Shown here: positions 37,149 through 46,803 of the stretch, one piece after another
How positions within the stretch are numbered: position 1 is the first letter of the stretch
Layout of the letters: every line of letters starts with the position of its first letter
Source of the DNA: an uncultured Candidatus Melainabacteria bacterium
Lineage (GTDB): Bacteria; Cyanobacteriota; Vampirovibrionia; Gastranaerophilales; Gastranaerophilaceae
DNA: 64,000 nt
Reading direction: 5' to 3'
NCBI GenBank assembly: GCA_934692625.1
Contig: CAKUUC010000010.1
Span: 5,337-69,336, forward strand
Program-made: the position numbers and the translations under genes
The notes under the pieces: model-generated
What the model was told of the DNA's origin: nothing
Databases searched by the model: none
The model's input: only the letters and a program-made list of their open reading frames with translations

Positions 37149-37190
37149 TTCCCAAGGAGAAGATCGCGAGTTCGAGTCTCGTTGCCCGCT
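37149..37190 (+). repeat. attR core (displaced native 3' part of tRNA-Gly, no CCA)
   Basis: Identical to 20938-20979 but followed by AAT instead of CCA. Confidence 0.85.
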
Positions 37191-37204
37191 AATCTTTGCA
37201 TTAT

Positions 37205-37325
37205 GGGGGCAACGACGAGAACTCCTATTGGGTTTGAGCGACCTGTGAGCAGAGTGCGAAGGCCTTTTGCGAAAGAACGAAGTTCTGCAAGCAAAATTCG
37301 AAGACACGTTTAAGGCGAAGCGGTC
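37205..37325 (+). other. GC-rich segment of unknown nature (candidate structured RNA or relic)
   Basis: About 52% G+C by hand count in an AT-rich context. Open in three frames at once (ORFs 37053-37307, 37068-37313, 37082-37294). Lies between the native tRNA trailer and a strong terminator. Confidence 0.25.
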
Positions 37326-37330
37326 AAGAC

Positions 37331-37386
37331 AAAAAAGATATAAAACAAAGACCAGAACTATCTAGTCTTTGTTTTATATCTTTTTT
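37331..37386. terminator. Strong bidirectional terminator
   Basis: 22-bp perfect stem AAAAAAGATATAAAACAAAGAC / GTCTTTGTTTTATATCTTTTTT with a 12-nt loop. Confidence 0.8.
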
Positions 37387-37399
37387 AGCATCACGTAAT

Positions 37400-40393
37400 T
37401 TATGCAGACAGTGTGAAGATTTCGTAAATCTCTTCGTCTGTAAGTTCTGTAATAATCTTTTCACCTTCGTAAACTGCCAAGTCTGCAAGTTCTTTTTTAG
37501 ACTTAAGCATTTCATCAATTTTTTCTTCAAAGGTTCCAAGTGTTATCATACGGTGTACCATTACGTTTTTATCTTGTCCAATACGATATGTACGGTCTGT
37601 TGCTTGATCTTCAACTGCAGGGTTCCACCACAAGTCGTAGTGAATAACGTTTGTTGCGCTGGTTAAGTTCAAACCTGTTCCACCTGCTTTTAGTGACAAT
37701 ATCATAACCTTGTATTGGTCTTCTGTTTGAAATTTTTCAATAAGTTCTTCACGTTGAGCAACTGTCAAACTTCCATGGAAGAACAATGGTTCAGTGTTGC
37801 ATTCTTGTGAAATTACTTTGCACAATATATCGCCCATTTCCTTGTATTGTGTGAAAATAAGCGTTTTTTCGTCATTATCGATAATGTTTTGAACCAAATC
37901 CAAACATTTTTCCATTTTACCGGACAATTCTCTGCCCATATCGCCTGATTTTAGGAATTGATAAGGGTGGTTACAAATTTGTTTAAGTGCTGTAATAAGT
38001 TTGAAGATGTTTCCACGTCTGTTAACTCCGGTAAATCCGCTAATTTTGGTCATCATTTCATTAAGAGTTTTTTCATAAAGAACTGCTTGAACCTTAGACA
38101 AGTAGCAGTATTCGTTGAGTACCATTTTTTCCGGCAAGTCGGAAATTACGTTTTTATCAGTTTTCAAACGTCTTAAGACAAACGGAGAGATTGACATTCT
38201 CAATTTGCCGGCTCTTGAATGTTCTTTAAATCTTTCGATAGGAATTGCATAACTTTTTTGGAATTCTCTCAATGAGCCCAAGTAACCTTTGTTGATAAAG
38301 TCGAAAATGCTCCACAATTCTGTTAATCTGTTTTCAACCGGTGTACCTGTCATTGCAATTTTTACATCTGATTTTAACATTTTGATAGCCAAAGTTTGTG
38401 CTGTGTCAGGGTTTTTGATGTTTTGGGCTTCATCAACAATAATCATACTCCAACCCTGTTTTTTGAGTTCTTCGACATCTATTCTCATTATTGCGTAAGT
38501 TGTTAAAATTACATCGTGATTAACATCGAGTTTTCTGTCTGCTCCGTGATAAATTACTGCATCAATTTCAGGGGCAAAAAGTTGAAGTTCTTTCATCCAG
38601 TTCCCCATAAGAGTTGTTGGACAAATTACTAAAACCGGTTTTTTCAAGCGGTTTTCTTCCTTCATTTTTAGGATTAAACTTATAACCTGAATTGTTTTAC
38701 CTAATCCCATATCATCGGCAATACATGCACCAAAACCTTTGACTATATTTGTCCATAACCATCTCAAACCGATTTCTTGATAAGGTCTTAATTCACCTTT
38801 CAGGCCTTTTGGTAATGTCATTTCTACAGGTTTTGTAAAGTCAGAGAGAACTCTTGCAAATGCTGCATCGTAGTCAAATTCATATTGATCAAGTTGACCT
38901 GATAATGATGCATGGATAAGTTCCATTCGTGACATAGATTTAAGGTTAGATTTTGCAATTTGTTCAAAAATCTTTTTGCCTTCTTCTTTGTCAACCAAAA
39001 CGTATTTATTTTTGTATTTGATTAGACCGTTGTTATTATCAAGTAATTTTTGGTATTCTTCCAAAGAAATTTTTTCATTTCCAATGGCAATTTCATAAGA
39101 AAATTCCAAGATATCGTCTAGTGATACTTTTGATGCGGAAGTATTGTTATTGATTAAGTTTGCTAAATCTTCCGAGCGGGATTCTTTTACTTTTGCATTG
39201 ATAGAAGCTCTCGGGATAACAATATTTTGCAATGCTTCTGGCAAAATAACTTCAATTTGTGCTTTTTGAAGATAGTATGTAGTTTGAGTAATGATTTTAT
39301 ATACTTCATTCAAATTCAAATCTAAGTATAATTTGTCTTCATCTTCAAAAACTTGTTCAAGTTCCGGCATATAGCGCAAAGCGTAATTCAATTGTTTTTC
39401 AACAATTCTTGAAATATCAGATGCTTTTGCTCCAAATACTTCATCTTCTGTATACAGACTGTCAATTAAGACACTTTCGTCAGTTTTTCTATTTTTGATA
39501 TAGACTTTTAGTCTAAACATATCATCATCTGCGTTTTCAATTTTGAAAAACGGAATTACGTCGTATTTACCCAAATATAGTTCATCAAACCACTGAGCGA
39601 AACTTTCTGCGTAATCTTTACCTTTGATAACTGCTTTTTGTTCTAAATCTTTTAATAAGTATTGACCAGATTTTACATCTTTAAATCTATACATTTTTAT
39701 GCCTAAAAATTTATAAATTACATAATTTAAGTATGTATAAATAAATTCATAGACAAAGTTTTTAGGAATTTCACCATCGATAAACAAATCTTCCGGCATG
39801 CATTCTTCAAATTGGTTGACAATTCTTGCCATTTTTGAATTGTTGATAATTGGTTCATAAACAATTCGGAACATTTGTCCGTAACGTTTGACTGTTGGAA
39901 TGAAATACAATTTTTCAATCAATTTCATAACAAAGTATGTCAATTTATTCAAATAGATAAATGTTGGTGATAAATCGGCTAAATCTACAATGTTTCCAAA
40001 TCCGCCAAAGTAGTCCATAATAATGTCCCAAGCCATAAAGTATCCGACTTCATCTTTGAAAACTTCTGACTTAAATCTGAATAATGAGCCTTTTGATTTT
40101 AAATAATATTGAAAATTGTTTGTTGGAGTAACAAAAAAGGATAGGTTATTTTTGTATGATAATTTAGAAGGTTTGTTTATCAAATAGAAATTTGTGTTAC
40201 GAGTAGGAGCGTTTGGGCTCAAAAATACACCGGCAAATTCGTCTTCAATGATTTGGTATATCATACTCAACGTGTAACGAAAATCTTTGTTTTTGAAATG
40301 TTCCGGATTTTCACTCAGGTTAAAAAATAACTCATCTACGTTGTTCTTTTTGAACGAAAAATCAATGTTTAAATCTTCTATTTTGTTACTCAT
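37400..40393 (-). CDS. SNF2-family helicase (chromosomal, RapA/YwqA-like)
   Basis: 997 aa. ADDMGLGKT, IVDEAQNIKN, MTGTPVEN, helicase-C LKAGGTGLNLT and WWNPAVEDQATDRTYRIGQ. Confidence 0.9.
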   Translation of the reverse strand: MSNKIEDLNIDFSFKKNNVDELFFNLSENPEHFKNKDFRYTLSMIYQIIEDEFAGVFLSPNAPTRNTNFYLINKPSKLSYKNNLSFFVTPTNNFQYYLKSKGSLFRFKSEVFKDEVGYFMAWDIIMDYFGGFGNIVDLADLSPTFIYLNKLTYFVMKLIEKLYFIPTVKRYGQMFRIVYEPIINNSKMARIVNQFEECMPEDLFIDGEIPKNFVYEFIYTYLNYVIYKFLGIKMYRFKDVKSGQYLLKDLEQKAVIKGKDYAESFAQWFDELYLGKYDVIPFFKIENADDDMFRLKVYIKNRKTDESVLIDSLYTEDEVFGAKASDISRIVEKQLNYALRYMPELEQVFEDEDKLYLDLNLNEVYKIITQTTYYLQKAQIEVILPEALQNIVIPRASINAKVKESRSEDLANLINNNTSASKVSLDDILEFSYEIAIGNEKISLEEYQKLLDNNNGLIKYKNKYVLVDKEEGKKIFEQIAKSNLKSMSRMELIHASLSGQLDQYEFDYDAAFARVLSDFTKPVEMTLPKGLKGELRPYQEIGLRWLWTNIVKGFGACIADDMGLGKTIQVISLILKMKEENRLKKPVLVICPTTLMGNWMKELQLFAPEIDAVIYHGADRKLDVNHDVILTTYAIMRIDVEELKKQGWSMIIVDEAQNIKNPDTAQTLAIKMLKSDVKIAMTGTPVENRLTELWSIFDFINKGYLGSLREFQKSYAIPIERFKEHSRAGKLRMSISPFVLRRLKTDKNVISDLPEKMVLNEYCYLSKVQAVLYEKTLNEMMTKISGFTGVNRRGNIFKLITALKQICNHPYQFLKSGDMGRELSGKMEKCLDLVQNIIDNDEKTLIFTQYKEMGDILCKVISQECNTEPLFFHGSLTVAQREELIEKFQTEDQYKVMILSLKAGGTGLNLTSATNVIHYDLWWNPAVEDQATDRTYRIGQDKNVMVHRMITLGTFEEKIDEMLKSKKELADLAVYEGEKIITELTDEEIYEIFTLSA

Positions 40394-40473
40394 ATTTTTA
40401 CCTTTATAAAGTTTGTTTGGGTGATAAATTTAATAAGCGGATAGATTAAAAAATCTATCCGCTTTTAGTATAT

Positions 40474-42000
40474 TTATTTAATTAATGATTTACCTGTCAT
40501 TTCTGCAGGTTGCTTAATATCAAGCAGTTGCAACACTGTTGGAGCAACATCACAAAGAGCACCTGTTGGTCTTAATTCAGCATCTTTTGGACCATTGATT
40601 AAGACAAATGGAACTTCATTTGTTGTGTGTGCAGTTTGAGGTTTTCCGGTTGATTCATCAACCATAACTTCTGAATTACCGTGGTCTGCTGTTAATAGCA
40701 TTGTGATGTCGTGTTCTTTACAAGCAGCAGCAATTTTACCGACACATTCATCAACAACTTTGCACGCTTTTGTTGCGGCTTCAATAACACCGGTATGACC
40801 AACCATATCAGGGTTTGCAAAGTTTACTAGAATGAATTGATATTTAGGGGCATTGATTGCATTCAAAACGTTGTCACAAACTTCGTAAGCGCTCATTTCA
40901 GGTTGCATATCATAAGTTGCAACTTTGGGAGAAGCAACAAGAACACGAGTTTCGTGAGGTTGAGGTTCATCAATTCCGCCGTTGAAGAAGAATGTAACGT
41001 GTGCATATTTTTCGGTTTCTGCTGTTCTGAATTGGTTAATTCCGTTTGCTTCCAAAACATCACCTAAAATATTTACAAGTTTTTCTTTCGGGAATGCAAC
41101 TGGGAATGTGAAAGTTGCTTCGTAACTTGTCATTGTTGTGTACAAAATATTTTTAAGAACTTTTTTACGTTTGAATCCGTCGAAATCTGCAAAATTGATA
41201 GCTTTTGTTATTTCTCTTGCTCTATCAGGACGATAGTTGAAGAAAATTATTGAATCGTTATCGTGAATTCTTGATTCTTCACCACCAATAACGGTTGGCA
41301 ATACAAATTCATCGGTTTCGCCTTTAGCGTAAGATTGTTTAACTCCTTCAATAGCAGATGGAGCGTGTTCACCTTCGCCTAATAGCAATGCGTTGTAACC
41401 TTTTTCAACTCTGTCCCAACGATTATCCCTGTCCATGATGTAGTAACGTCCGATAATTGTTGCAATAGGAGGAAAATTGTATTTTTTCAATTCATCTTCA
41501 ACAACTTGCAAGTATTCACAAGCACTTGAAGGTGGTGTGTCACGACCATCTAAGAATGCGTGAACGTAAACTTTTTTCAAACCTGAATCTGCTGCCATTT
41601 TGATTAATGCTAGAACGTGGTCGAGTGATGAGTGAACACCACCAGTTGAAACTAATCCATAGATATGAAGTGCAGAGTTGTGTTTTTTAGCATGTTCAAT
41701 TGCATTCAAAAATCTTTCGTTTTTGAAGAAAGAACCATCTTTGATTGCGTTGTTAATTTTTGACAAATCTTGGTAAACAATTCTTCCAGCGCCCAAATTC
41801 AAGTGGCCGACTTCTGAATTACCCATTTGACCGTGCGGTAAACCTACGTTTTCGCCATCAGCTTTGATTTGAATAAATTTTTCTTCGTTTTCCAATTTCG
41901 GAACATTAACAGGGTGTGCCAATTTTGTAGCATCGTACTTTTCAGAACCTGTTGAAATGCCCCAACCGTCCATTATACATAATAAAACTCGTTTAGTCAT
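40474..42000 (-). CDS. gpmI: 2,3-bisphosphoglycerate-independent phosphoglycerate mutase
   Basis: 508 aa. ILDGWG-like CIMDGWG, MGNSEVGHLNLGAGR and ADHGN motifs. Confidence 0.95.
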   Translation of the reverse strand: MTKRVLLCIMDGWGISTGSEKYDATKLAHPVNVPKLENEEKFIQIKADGENVGLPHGQMGNSEVGHLNLGAGRIVYQDLSKINNAIKDGSFFKNERFLNAIEHAKKHNSALHIYGLVSTGGVHSSLDHVLALIKMAADSGLKKVYVHAFLDGRDTPPSSACEYLQVVEDELKKYNFPPIATIIGRYYIMDRDNRWDRVEKGYNALLLGEGEHAPSAIEGVKQSYAKGETDEFVLPTVIGGEESRIHDNDSIIFFNYRPDRAREITKAINFADFDGFKRKKVLKNILYTTMTSYEATFTFPVAFPKEKLVNILGDVLEANGINQFRTAETEKYAHVTFFFNGGIDEPQPHETRVLVASPKVATYDMQPEMSAYEVCDNVLNAINAPKYQFILVNFANPDMVGHTGVIEAATKACKVVDECVGKIAAACKEHDITMLLTADHGNSEVMVDESTGKPQTAHTTNEVPFVLINGPKDAELRPTGALCDVAPTVLQLLDIKQPAEMTGKSLIK

Positions 42001-42092
42001 TTTGAAATCCCTTCTTTCCAGTGTACGCTAGCAAGAGTTTATCAAAAACATGTTTTTTTTTCAATGATAAATTTTAAAGCCCAAAACGCGCT

Positions 42093-43376
42093 CTAGTTCG
42101 GGATTTTTACGCAAAATTCTGTTCGTACACCCTCTTCGCTTGTTGCAATTATTTCTCCACCATGAGCCATTGCGATTTGTTGAGATAAATAGAGCCCTAA
42201 ACCTGTTCCGACTTTGCGGAGTTTTTTTGCTGCTGAGTAGTATTTATTAAATATCATTTTTAATTCGTCTTTTGAAATTCCTTGTCCGTAATCAATGACA
42301 GAAATCGTTATGCCTTCTTGATATTTGCCAATTTTTATGTCGATAAATTTTTGGGTATTACTGTGGTCAATGGCATTCGAGATGAGATTTTTAATTACTC
42401 TGCGAAGTTGCATCGCGTCAGCGTTTATCAAATTTATTGATTCTGATGGAATGTATTTGATTTCGATTTTATTTTCAGCAGCAATCGGTTGCATTTCTGT
42501 AATGATTTCTTCAATAAACGGATTGATTTCAATGTCGCTTCGTATAAGTTTTATTCCTTGTTCTCGTAATTTGTATGTTTCCAAGAGGATTTGTACAAGT
42601 TCAAGTAGGTTTTGATTAGATGTTTTCATACTGTCAAGTGCGTATTTCTGTTTGTCAGAAATTTCTCCAAACTTGTTTGCTAAAAATAAATCAATAATGT
42701 TCGAGGCTGCAACGATAGGAACTTTCAAGTCATGAGTAAGTGTTGCTACAAAATCATCTTTCAACGTTTCAATTTCTTTTTCTGTTGTAATGTCTTTTAT
42801 AATTAAGACAAATCTTTTTTTCTCAAGTGAGGTCAAAGGTTGAGAGTTTATTATAAAATTGTTTGTCGGAGTATGCTTGATGAATATTTCTGTATTGTTT
42901 AGGCCTGAAATGTCAAAATCTTCGTCTTTTACCGGTTGGATAAATTCAAAAACATTTTTGCCGATAATATCTCGCCCTTTAATTCCAAACCAATTCAAAA
43001 TTTTTGGTGTTGCTCGTAAAATTTCAAATTTTTCATTGATAATCAAAATTCCATCAGATAAGGAATTAATAACTGATTCCAAAAGTTTGTTTTGCCTCAT
43101 CAATTCTGTTTGATATTCAATAATCATTTTTTCTCTGTCATTAAGGGTTTCAACCATTCTATTGATACTATCGGTAACATTTTGATAGGTTGGGTGTTCT
43201 ACTTTTTCGATTTTAGTTGATAAATTTCCGTATCTGATAGAGTCAACTGTTGTTGTGACTTTGCCTAAATAATCATTTATTTTTGACCATCTTTTATTCG
43301 TTCTTCTGGTAATGAAAAATAGGCTGATAAATACCAGAATTACGCAAATATTGACTAAATAAAAATATGAAAACAT
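42093..43376 (-). CDS. Membrane sensor histidine kinase (TM + HAMP-like + PAS + HisKA/HATPase)
   Basis: N-terminal TM, H-box VATLTHDLKVPI, N box LISNAIDHS and GTGLGLYLSQQIA. Confidence 0.85.
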   Translation of the reverse strand: MFSYFYLVNICVILVFISLFFITRRTNKRWSKINDYLGKVTTTVDSIRYGNLSTKIEKVEHPTYQNVTDSINRMVETLNDREKMIIEYQTELMRQNKLLESVINSLSDGILIINEKFEILRATPKILNWFGIKGRDIIGKNVFEFIQPVKDEDFDISGLNNTEIFIKHTPTNNFIINSQPLTSLEKKRFVLIIKDITTEKEIETLKDDFVATLTHDLKVPIVAASNIIDLFLANKFGEISDKQKYALDSMKTSNQNLLELVQILLETYKLREQGIKLIRSDIEINPFIEEIITEMQPIAAENKIEIKYIPSESINLINADAMQLRRVIKNLISNAIDHSNTQKFIDIKIGKYQEGITISVIDYGQGISKDELKMIFNKYYSAAKKLRKVGTGLGLYLSQQIAMAHGGEIIATSEEGVRTEFCVKIPN

Positions 43377-43468
43377 GTATGACTTTTTATCTTTCTTTTT
43401 TTGAAATTCTCTCTTTATGCTATAATTATACCAGACAGATTGATATTTGTTAAGATGTTGAGGTTTTT

Positions 43469-43951
43469 ATGTCAGGAATTAAGCTTCCAAAAACAGTAAA
43501 AATGGTTATAACCGATTTTGATGGTATAGTTACAGATAATTGCGTTTATATTAACGAAGATTTTTCAATGAGTAGAAAACTAAATTTTAAAGATGTTATG
43601 GGCTTTTCAATTTTAAGAAAGAATGGATATGAAATAGCGATTATTTCCGGAGAAAAGAATTCTGCAATTGAAACAATGGCTAAGAAATTTAAAATTGATG
43701 AAATTCATCAAAATATAAGAAATAAAATTGAAGTTTTGAAAATGATTATTGAAAAATATAATTTGAGTCAAGAAGAATACGTTTATCTGGGCGATGATGT
43801 AAACGATTTGGAATGTTTAAAGTTTGCAAAGTATAAAATTTCCGTGCCACATGCTGTTGACAAAGTTAAAAAAGTTGATAATATACAAATAACGCAAAGT
43901 CAGGCTGGTGATGGAGCATTTAGAGAGGTAGCAGATTGTTTGGTTGGTTAG
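43469..43951 (+). CDS. kdsC: KdsC-family HAD phosphatase (KDO-8-phosphate phosphatase-like)
   Basis: ITDFDGIVTDN, GDDVNDL and GDGAFREVADCL. Confidence 0.7.
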   Translation: MSGIKLPKTVKMVITDFDGIVTDNCVYINEDFSMSRKLNFKDVMGFSILRKNGYEIAIISGEKNSAIETMAKKFKIDEIHQNIRNKIEVLKMIIEKYNLSQEEYVYLGDDVNDLECLKFAKYKISVPHAVDKVKKVDNIQITQSQAGDGAFREVADCLVG

Positions 43952-45423
43952 AAAAAATCAGGTCAGAAATTAAAAACCTTAACTTGTCGATAACTTCATA
44001 TCAAAAAGATACGGTAATTCAATCCTTACCAACGATTGCTTATGTTAACAAAGCCAAAAAATATATAGATAAGAAACAACTTGATGAAGCCGAACGTTTG
44101 TTACATCGTGCATTGGATATTTCGGAACAAGATGCCTTGGTTTATAAATATCTTGGTAAAATTCGAGAACGTAAAAATGATTTTGAAAATGCAATAAAAT
44201 ACTATGACAAATCCGCAAAATTGAATGCTAATGACAAAGAAATTTGGCTACGTTTAGGGATGTGTCAACTCAATACAAAACTGTTGGATGAAGCTATAAT
44301 TTCTTTTGAAAAGGCAAACAAGGTTTCTCCGATGAATACAGATGTTTATACCGGTTGGGGTATGACATTGATGAGATTGAAAAAGTATAAAAATGCCAAA
44401 GATAAATTTGTAATGGCGACCAAAATCAATAAGTACAATTATACAGCAATTCTTTTATCTGCGGTAATGGAAGTCAGATTGGGCGAGTATGAACCTGCAG
44501 AAATGAAGTTGGCATTTTTGACAAAAATAGCACCAAATGAGAGTAGCACTTATGAATATGCGAATTTGATGCTTATCAAGTCAAATTATCAGGAAGCGGA
44601 ATTATATGCAAATAAGTCAATAAATATTAATCCGCAAATGTTGCCGTCGTATTTCATATTGGGTGAAATTTATTCGACACAAAAAGATATTGCCAAGACA
44701 GAAAAAGTGTTCAGAACTGCGATTAGTAACGATTTGGAAAACTCAACTCTTCACTTTGAGTGGGGAAAAGCTTATATGCGACTTTTGGAATTTGAAAAAG
44801 CGCACGAACAGTTTGCTGTCGCTTTGCAAGAAGAACCAAATTTTATGGAAGCGAAAATCGGAATTGCTTTAACAAGTGCGTATAATGGTGATTTTTCAAT
44901 TTTGGATGAGATTGAAGAAAAATATTCCGAAAATGTGTACGTGCAAGAGGCAATGGGTTTTGAAAAATATTCAAAGGGTGAATATGCCGAATCAATTGAT
45001 TTATTTAAAAAGGCTTTGAAGTTTGACCCTCAAGAGTATTACAATGTTTTGAATATTGCAAGGGCTTATCGGCAACTTGGTGACAAAACAAAAACAAAAG
45101 AGTATTTTGAAAAATTTACAACGGAGAATCCACAATATTTACCGGCACTTGTAGAATATTCAAAATGGCTGATGTCGCTTGAAGATTATGCAGATGCACA
45201 ACGTAAACTTCGTAAAGCAGAAAAGATTAATGAAAAAAATGTCGAAGTGTTAAATTTGTTATTTTATTGCGCTTATAAACTTGTAAAAGATAATGTTTGC
45301 GAATATAATATAAAGGAAGCAATTTCGGTTGCTAACAAAATAAAAAATTTGGGTTCTTTTGAATATGAAAATGAAGAAAAGGAACTTGAAGCAATTCTAG
45401 ATAATTTGCAGGGGAATAACTAA
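43936..45423 (+). CDS. Tetratricopeptide repeat protein
   Basis: 495 aa of TPR-like A-x-x-Y/F-x-K-A-L repeats. TTG start after GAGAGG. Confidence 0.8.
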   Translation: MFGWLEKIRSEIKNLNLSITSYQKDTVIQSLPTIAYVNKAKKYIDKKQLDEAERLLHRALDISEQDALVYKYLGKIRERKNDFENAIKYYDKSAKLNANDKEIWLRLGMCQLNTKLLDEAIISFEKANKVSPMNTDVYTGWGMTLMRLKKYKNAKDKFVMATKINKYNYTAILLSAVMEVRLGEYEPAEMKLAFLTKIAPNESSTYEYANLMLIKSNYQEAELYANKSININPQMLPSYFILGEIYSTQKDIAKTEKVFRTAISNDLENSTLHFEWGKAYMRLLEFEKAHEQFAVALQEEPNFMEAKIGIALTSAYNGDFSILDEIEEKYSENVYVQEAMGFEKYSKGEYAESIDLFKKALKFDPQEYYNVLNIARAYRQLGDKTKTKEYFEKFTTENPQYLPALVEYSKWLMSLEDYADAQRKLRKAEKINEKNVEVLNLLFYCAYKLVKDNVCEYNIKEAISVANKIKNLGSFEYENEEKELEAILDNLQGNN

Positions 45424-45424
45424 A

Positions 45425-46690
45425 TTGAAAAAGATTATCGTACAAAAATTTGGCGGAACTTCAGTTGCCGATACAGACAAAATCAAGAATGTAGCAAAAA
45501 CAGTTATCCGTGAAAAAAATAACGGGAATGATGTAGTTGTAGTTGTTTCAGCAATGGGACATACGACAGACCATCTTGTAAAAATGGCTTATGATATCAA
45601 TGCAAATCCTTCAAGCAGAGAGATGGATATGCTTTTGTCTACAGGGGAATGTGTTTCTATTGCTCTTTTGACTATGGCTATTCAAGCGCAAGGATATAAG
45701 GCAGTTAGTTTCAATGCTACACAAATTGGTATTTTGACAGAAAATGTGCACTCAAAGGCAAGAATTATTGATATAAAAACCGAAAAACTTAAAAAGAATT
45801 TGAATGAAGGTAATATCATTGTTGTTGCAGGATTTCAAGGTGTTACAGAAGATGGCGAAATTACTACATTAGGTCGTGGTGGTTCAGATACGTCTGCCGT
45901 TGCTTTGGCTGCCGCTTTGAACGCTGAAAGATGCGATATTTATACAGATGTTGAAGGTGTTTATACGACAGATCCGAGAGTTGTTCCAAATGCTTCCAGA
46001 TTAGATATTGTATCTTATGAAGAAATGCTTGAATTGGCTCATGCAGGAGCAAATGTACTTCACCCGAGAAGTGTAGAAACCGCAAAACAATATTCTGTTC
46101 CACTTAGGGTACGTAGCAGTTTTAATTTAGATAATATGGGAACTTTAATAGTAGGAGTTGACAAAATGGAAATAAACAAACCGGTTACAGGAGTTGCAGC
46201 GGATTCATCACAAGTAAGAGTAGTTGTCTGTGAAGTTCCGGACACTCCGGGGGAAGCGGCAACATTATTTAGCAGTCTTGCTGAAAAAAATGTTTCAGTT
46301 GATATGATTATTCAATCTTATGCTCGCAAAACCTCAAAAACTAATGATATTGCGTTCACTATTTCAAAAGAAGATTTGCCAAAAGCACTTGATGTTTTGG
46401 AAGAAGTAAAGCGTAAATTGGGTGCTGCAGATGTTCGGATTGATGAAAATATTTCAAAGGTTTCAATTATTGGTGCAGGCATGATTGATAGACCCGGGAT
46501 TGCATCAACAATGTTTGAAACACTTGCAAATGCCGGTATTAACATCAAGATGATTTCAACAAGTGAAATCAAAATCAGTTGTTTGATTAACAAAGAAGAT
46601 GCTAATGCGGCAGTAAAAGCGTTGCACGAAGTATTCAATCTTGGTTGTGACGAGATTGCTGATGTTAAAGGCACTTTGCCTGACGTATAA
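45425..46690 (+). CDS. lysC: Aspartate kinase
   Basis: VQKFGGTSV, GRGGSDT and two C-terminal ACT domains. TTG start. Confidence 0.95.
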   Translation: MKKIIVQKFGGTSVADTDKIKNVAKTVIREKNNGNDVVVVVSAMGHTTDHLVKMAYDINANPSSREMDMLLSTGECVSIALLTMAIQAQGYKAVSFNATQIGILTENVHSKARIIDIKTEKLKKNLNEGNIIVVAGFQGVTEDGEITTLGRGGSDTSAVALAAALNAERCDIYTDVEGVYTTDPRVVPNASRLDIVSYEEMLELAHAGANVLHPRSVETAKQYSVPLRVRSSFNLDNMGTLIVGVDKMEINKPVTGVAADSSQVRVVVCEVPDTPGEAATLFSSLAEKNVSVDMIIQSYARKTSKTNDIAFTISKEDLPKALDVLEEVKRKLGAADVRIDENISKVSIIGAGMIDRPGIASTMFETLANAGINIKMISTSEIKISCLINKEDANAAVKALHEVFNLGCDEIADVKGTLPDV

Positions 46691-46803
46691 CAAGTTTTTA
46701 TTATTCAAACAGGGAATTTTTGTAAAAATTCTCTGTTTGAACTAGCAAATTAATTATTTTCTGTATTTATATATGTGTAGTGTTTAAAAAATAGGAAAAA
46801 CTA

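Larger units (their letters stand above)
20938..37190. mobile_element. Integrated genomic (defence) island in the tRNA-Gly 3' end, about 16.2 kb
   Basis: Perfect 42-nt direct repeats derived from the tRNA 3' half, an integrase next to attL, accessory cargo, and shared motifs in both noncoding arms. Confidence 0.8.

Noticed and set aside
37191-37330. tmRNA, SRP (4.5S) RNA, 6S RNA or a second tRNA in the GC-rich segment
   Set aside because: GGGGGCAACGACGAG superficially recalls tmRNA and 4.5S 5' ends and is a partial inverted echo of the tRNA T-arm. However there is no closing 3' acceptor strand, no GGAAGCAGC-type SRP motif, no tag ORF ending in hydrophobic Ala-rich residues, and the length is too short.
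37400-40393. Second SNF2 helicase as part of the island or defence system
   Set aside because: It lies outside attR, beyond a strong terminator and on the opposite strand. It has an N-terminal region unrelated to the island helicase, and it is followed by housekeeping gpmI.
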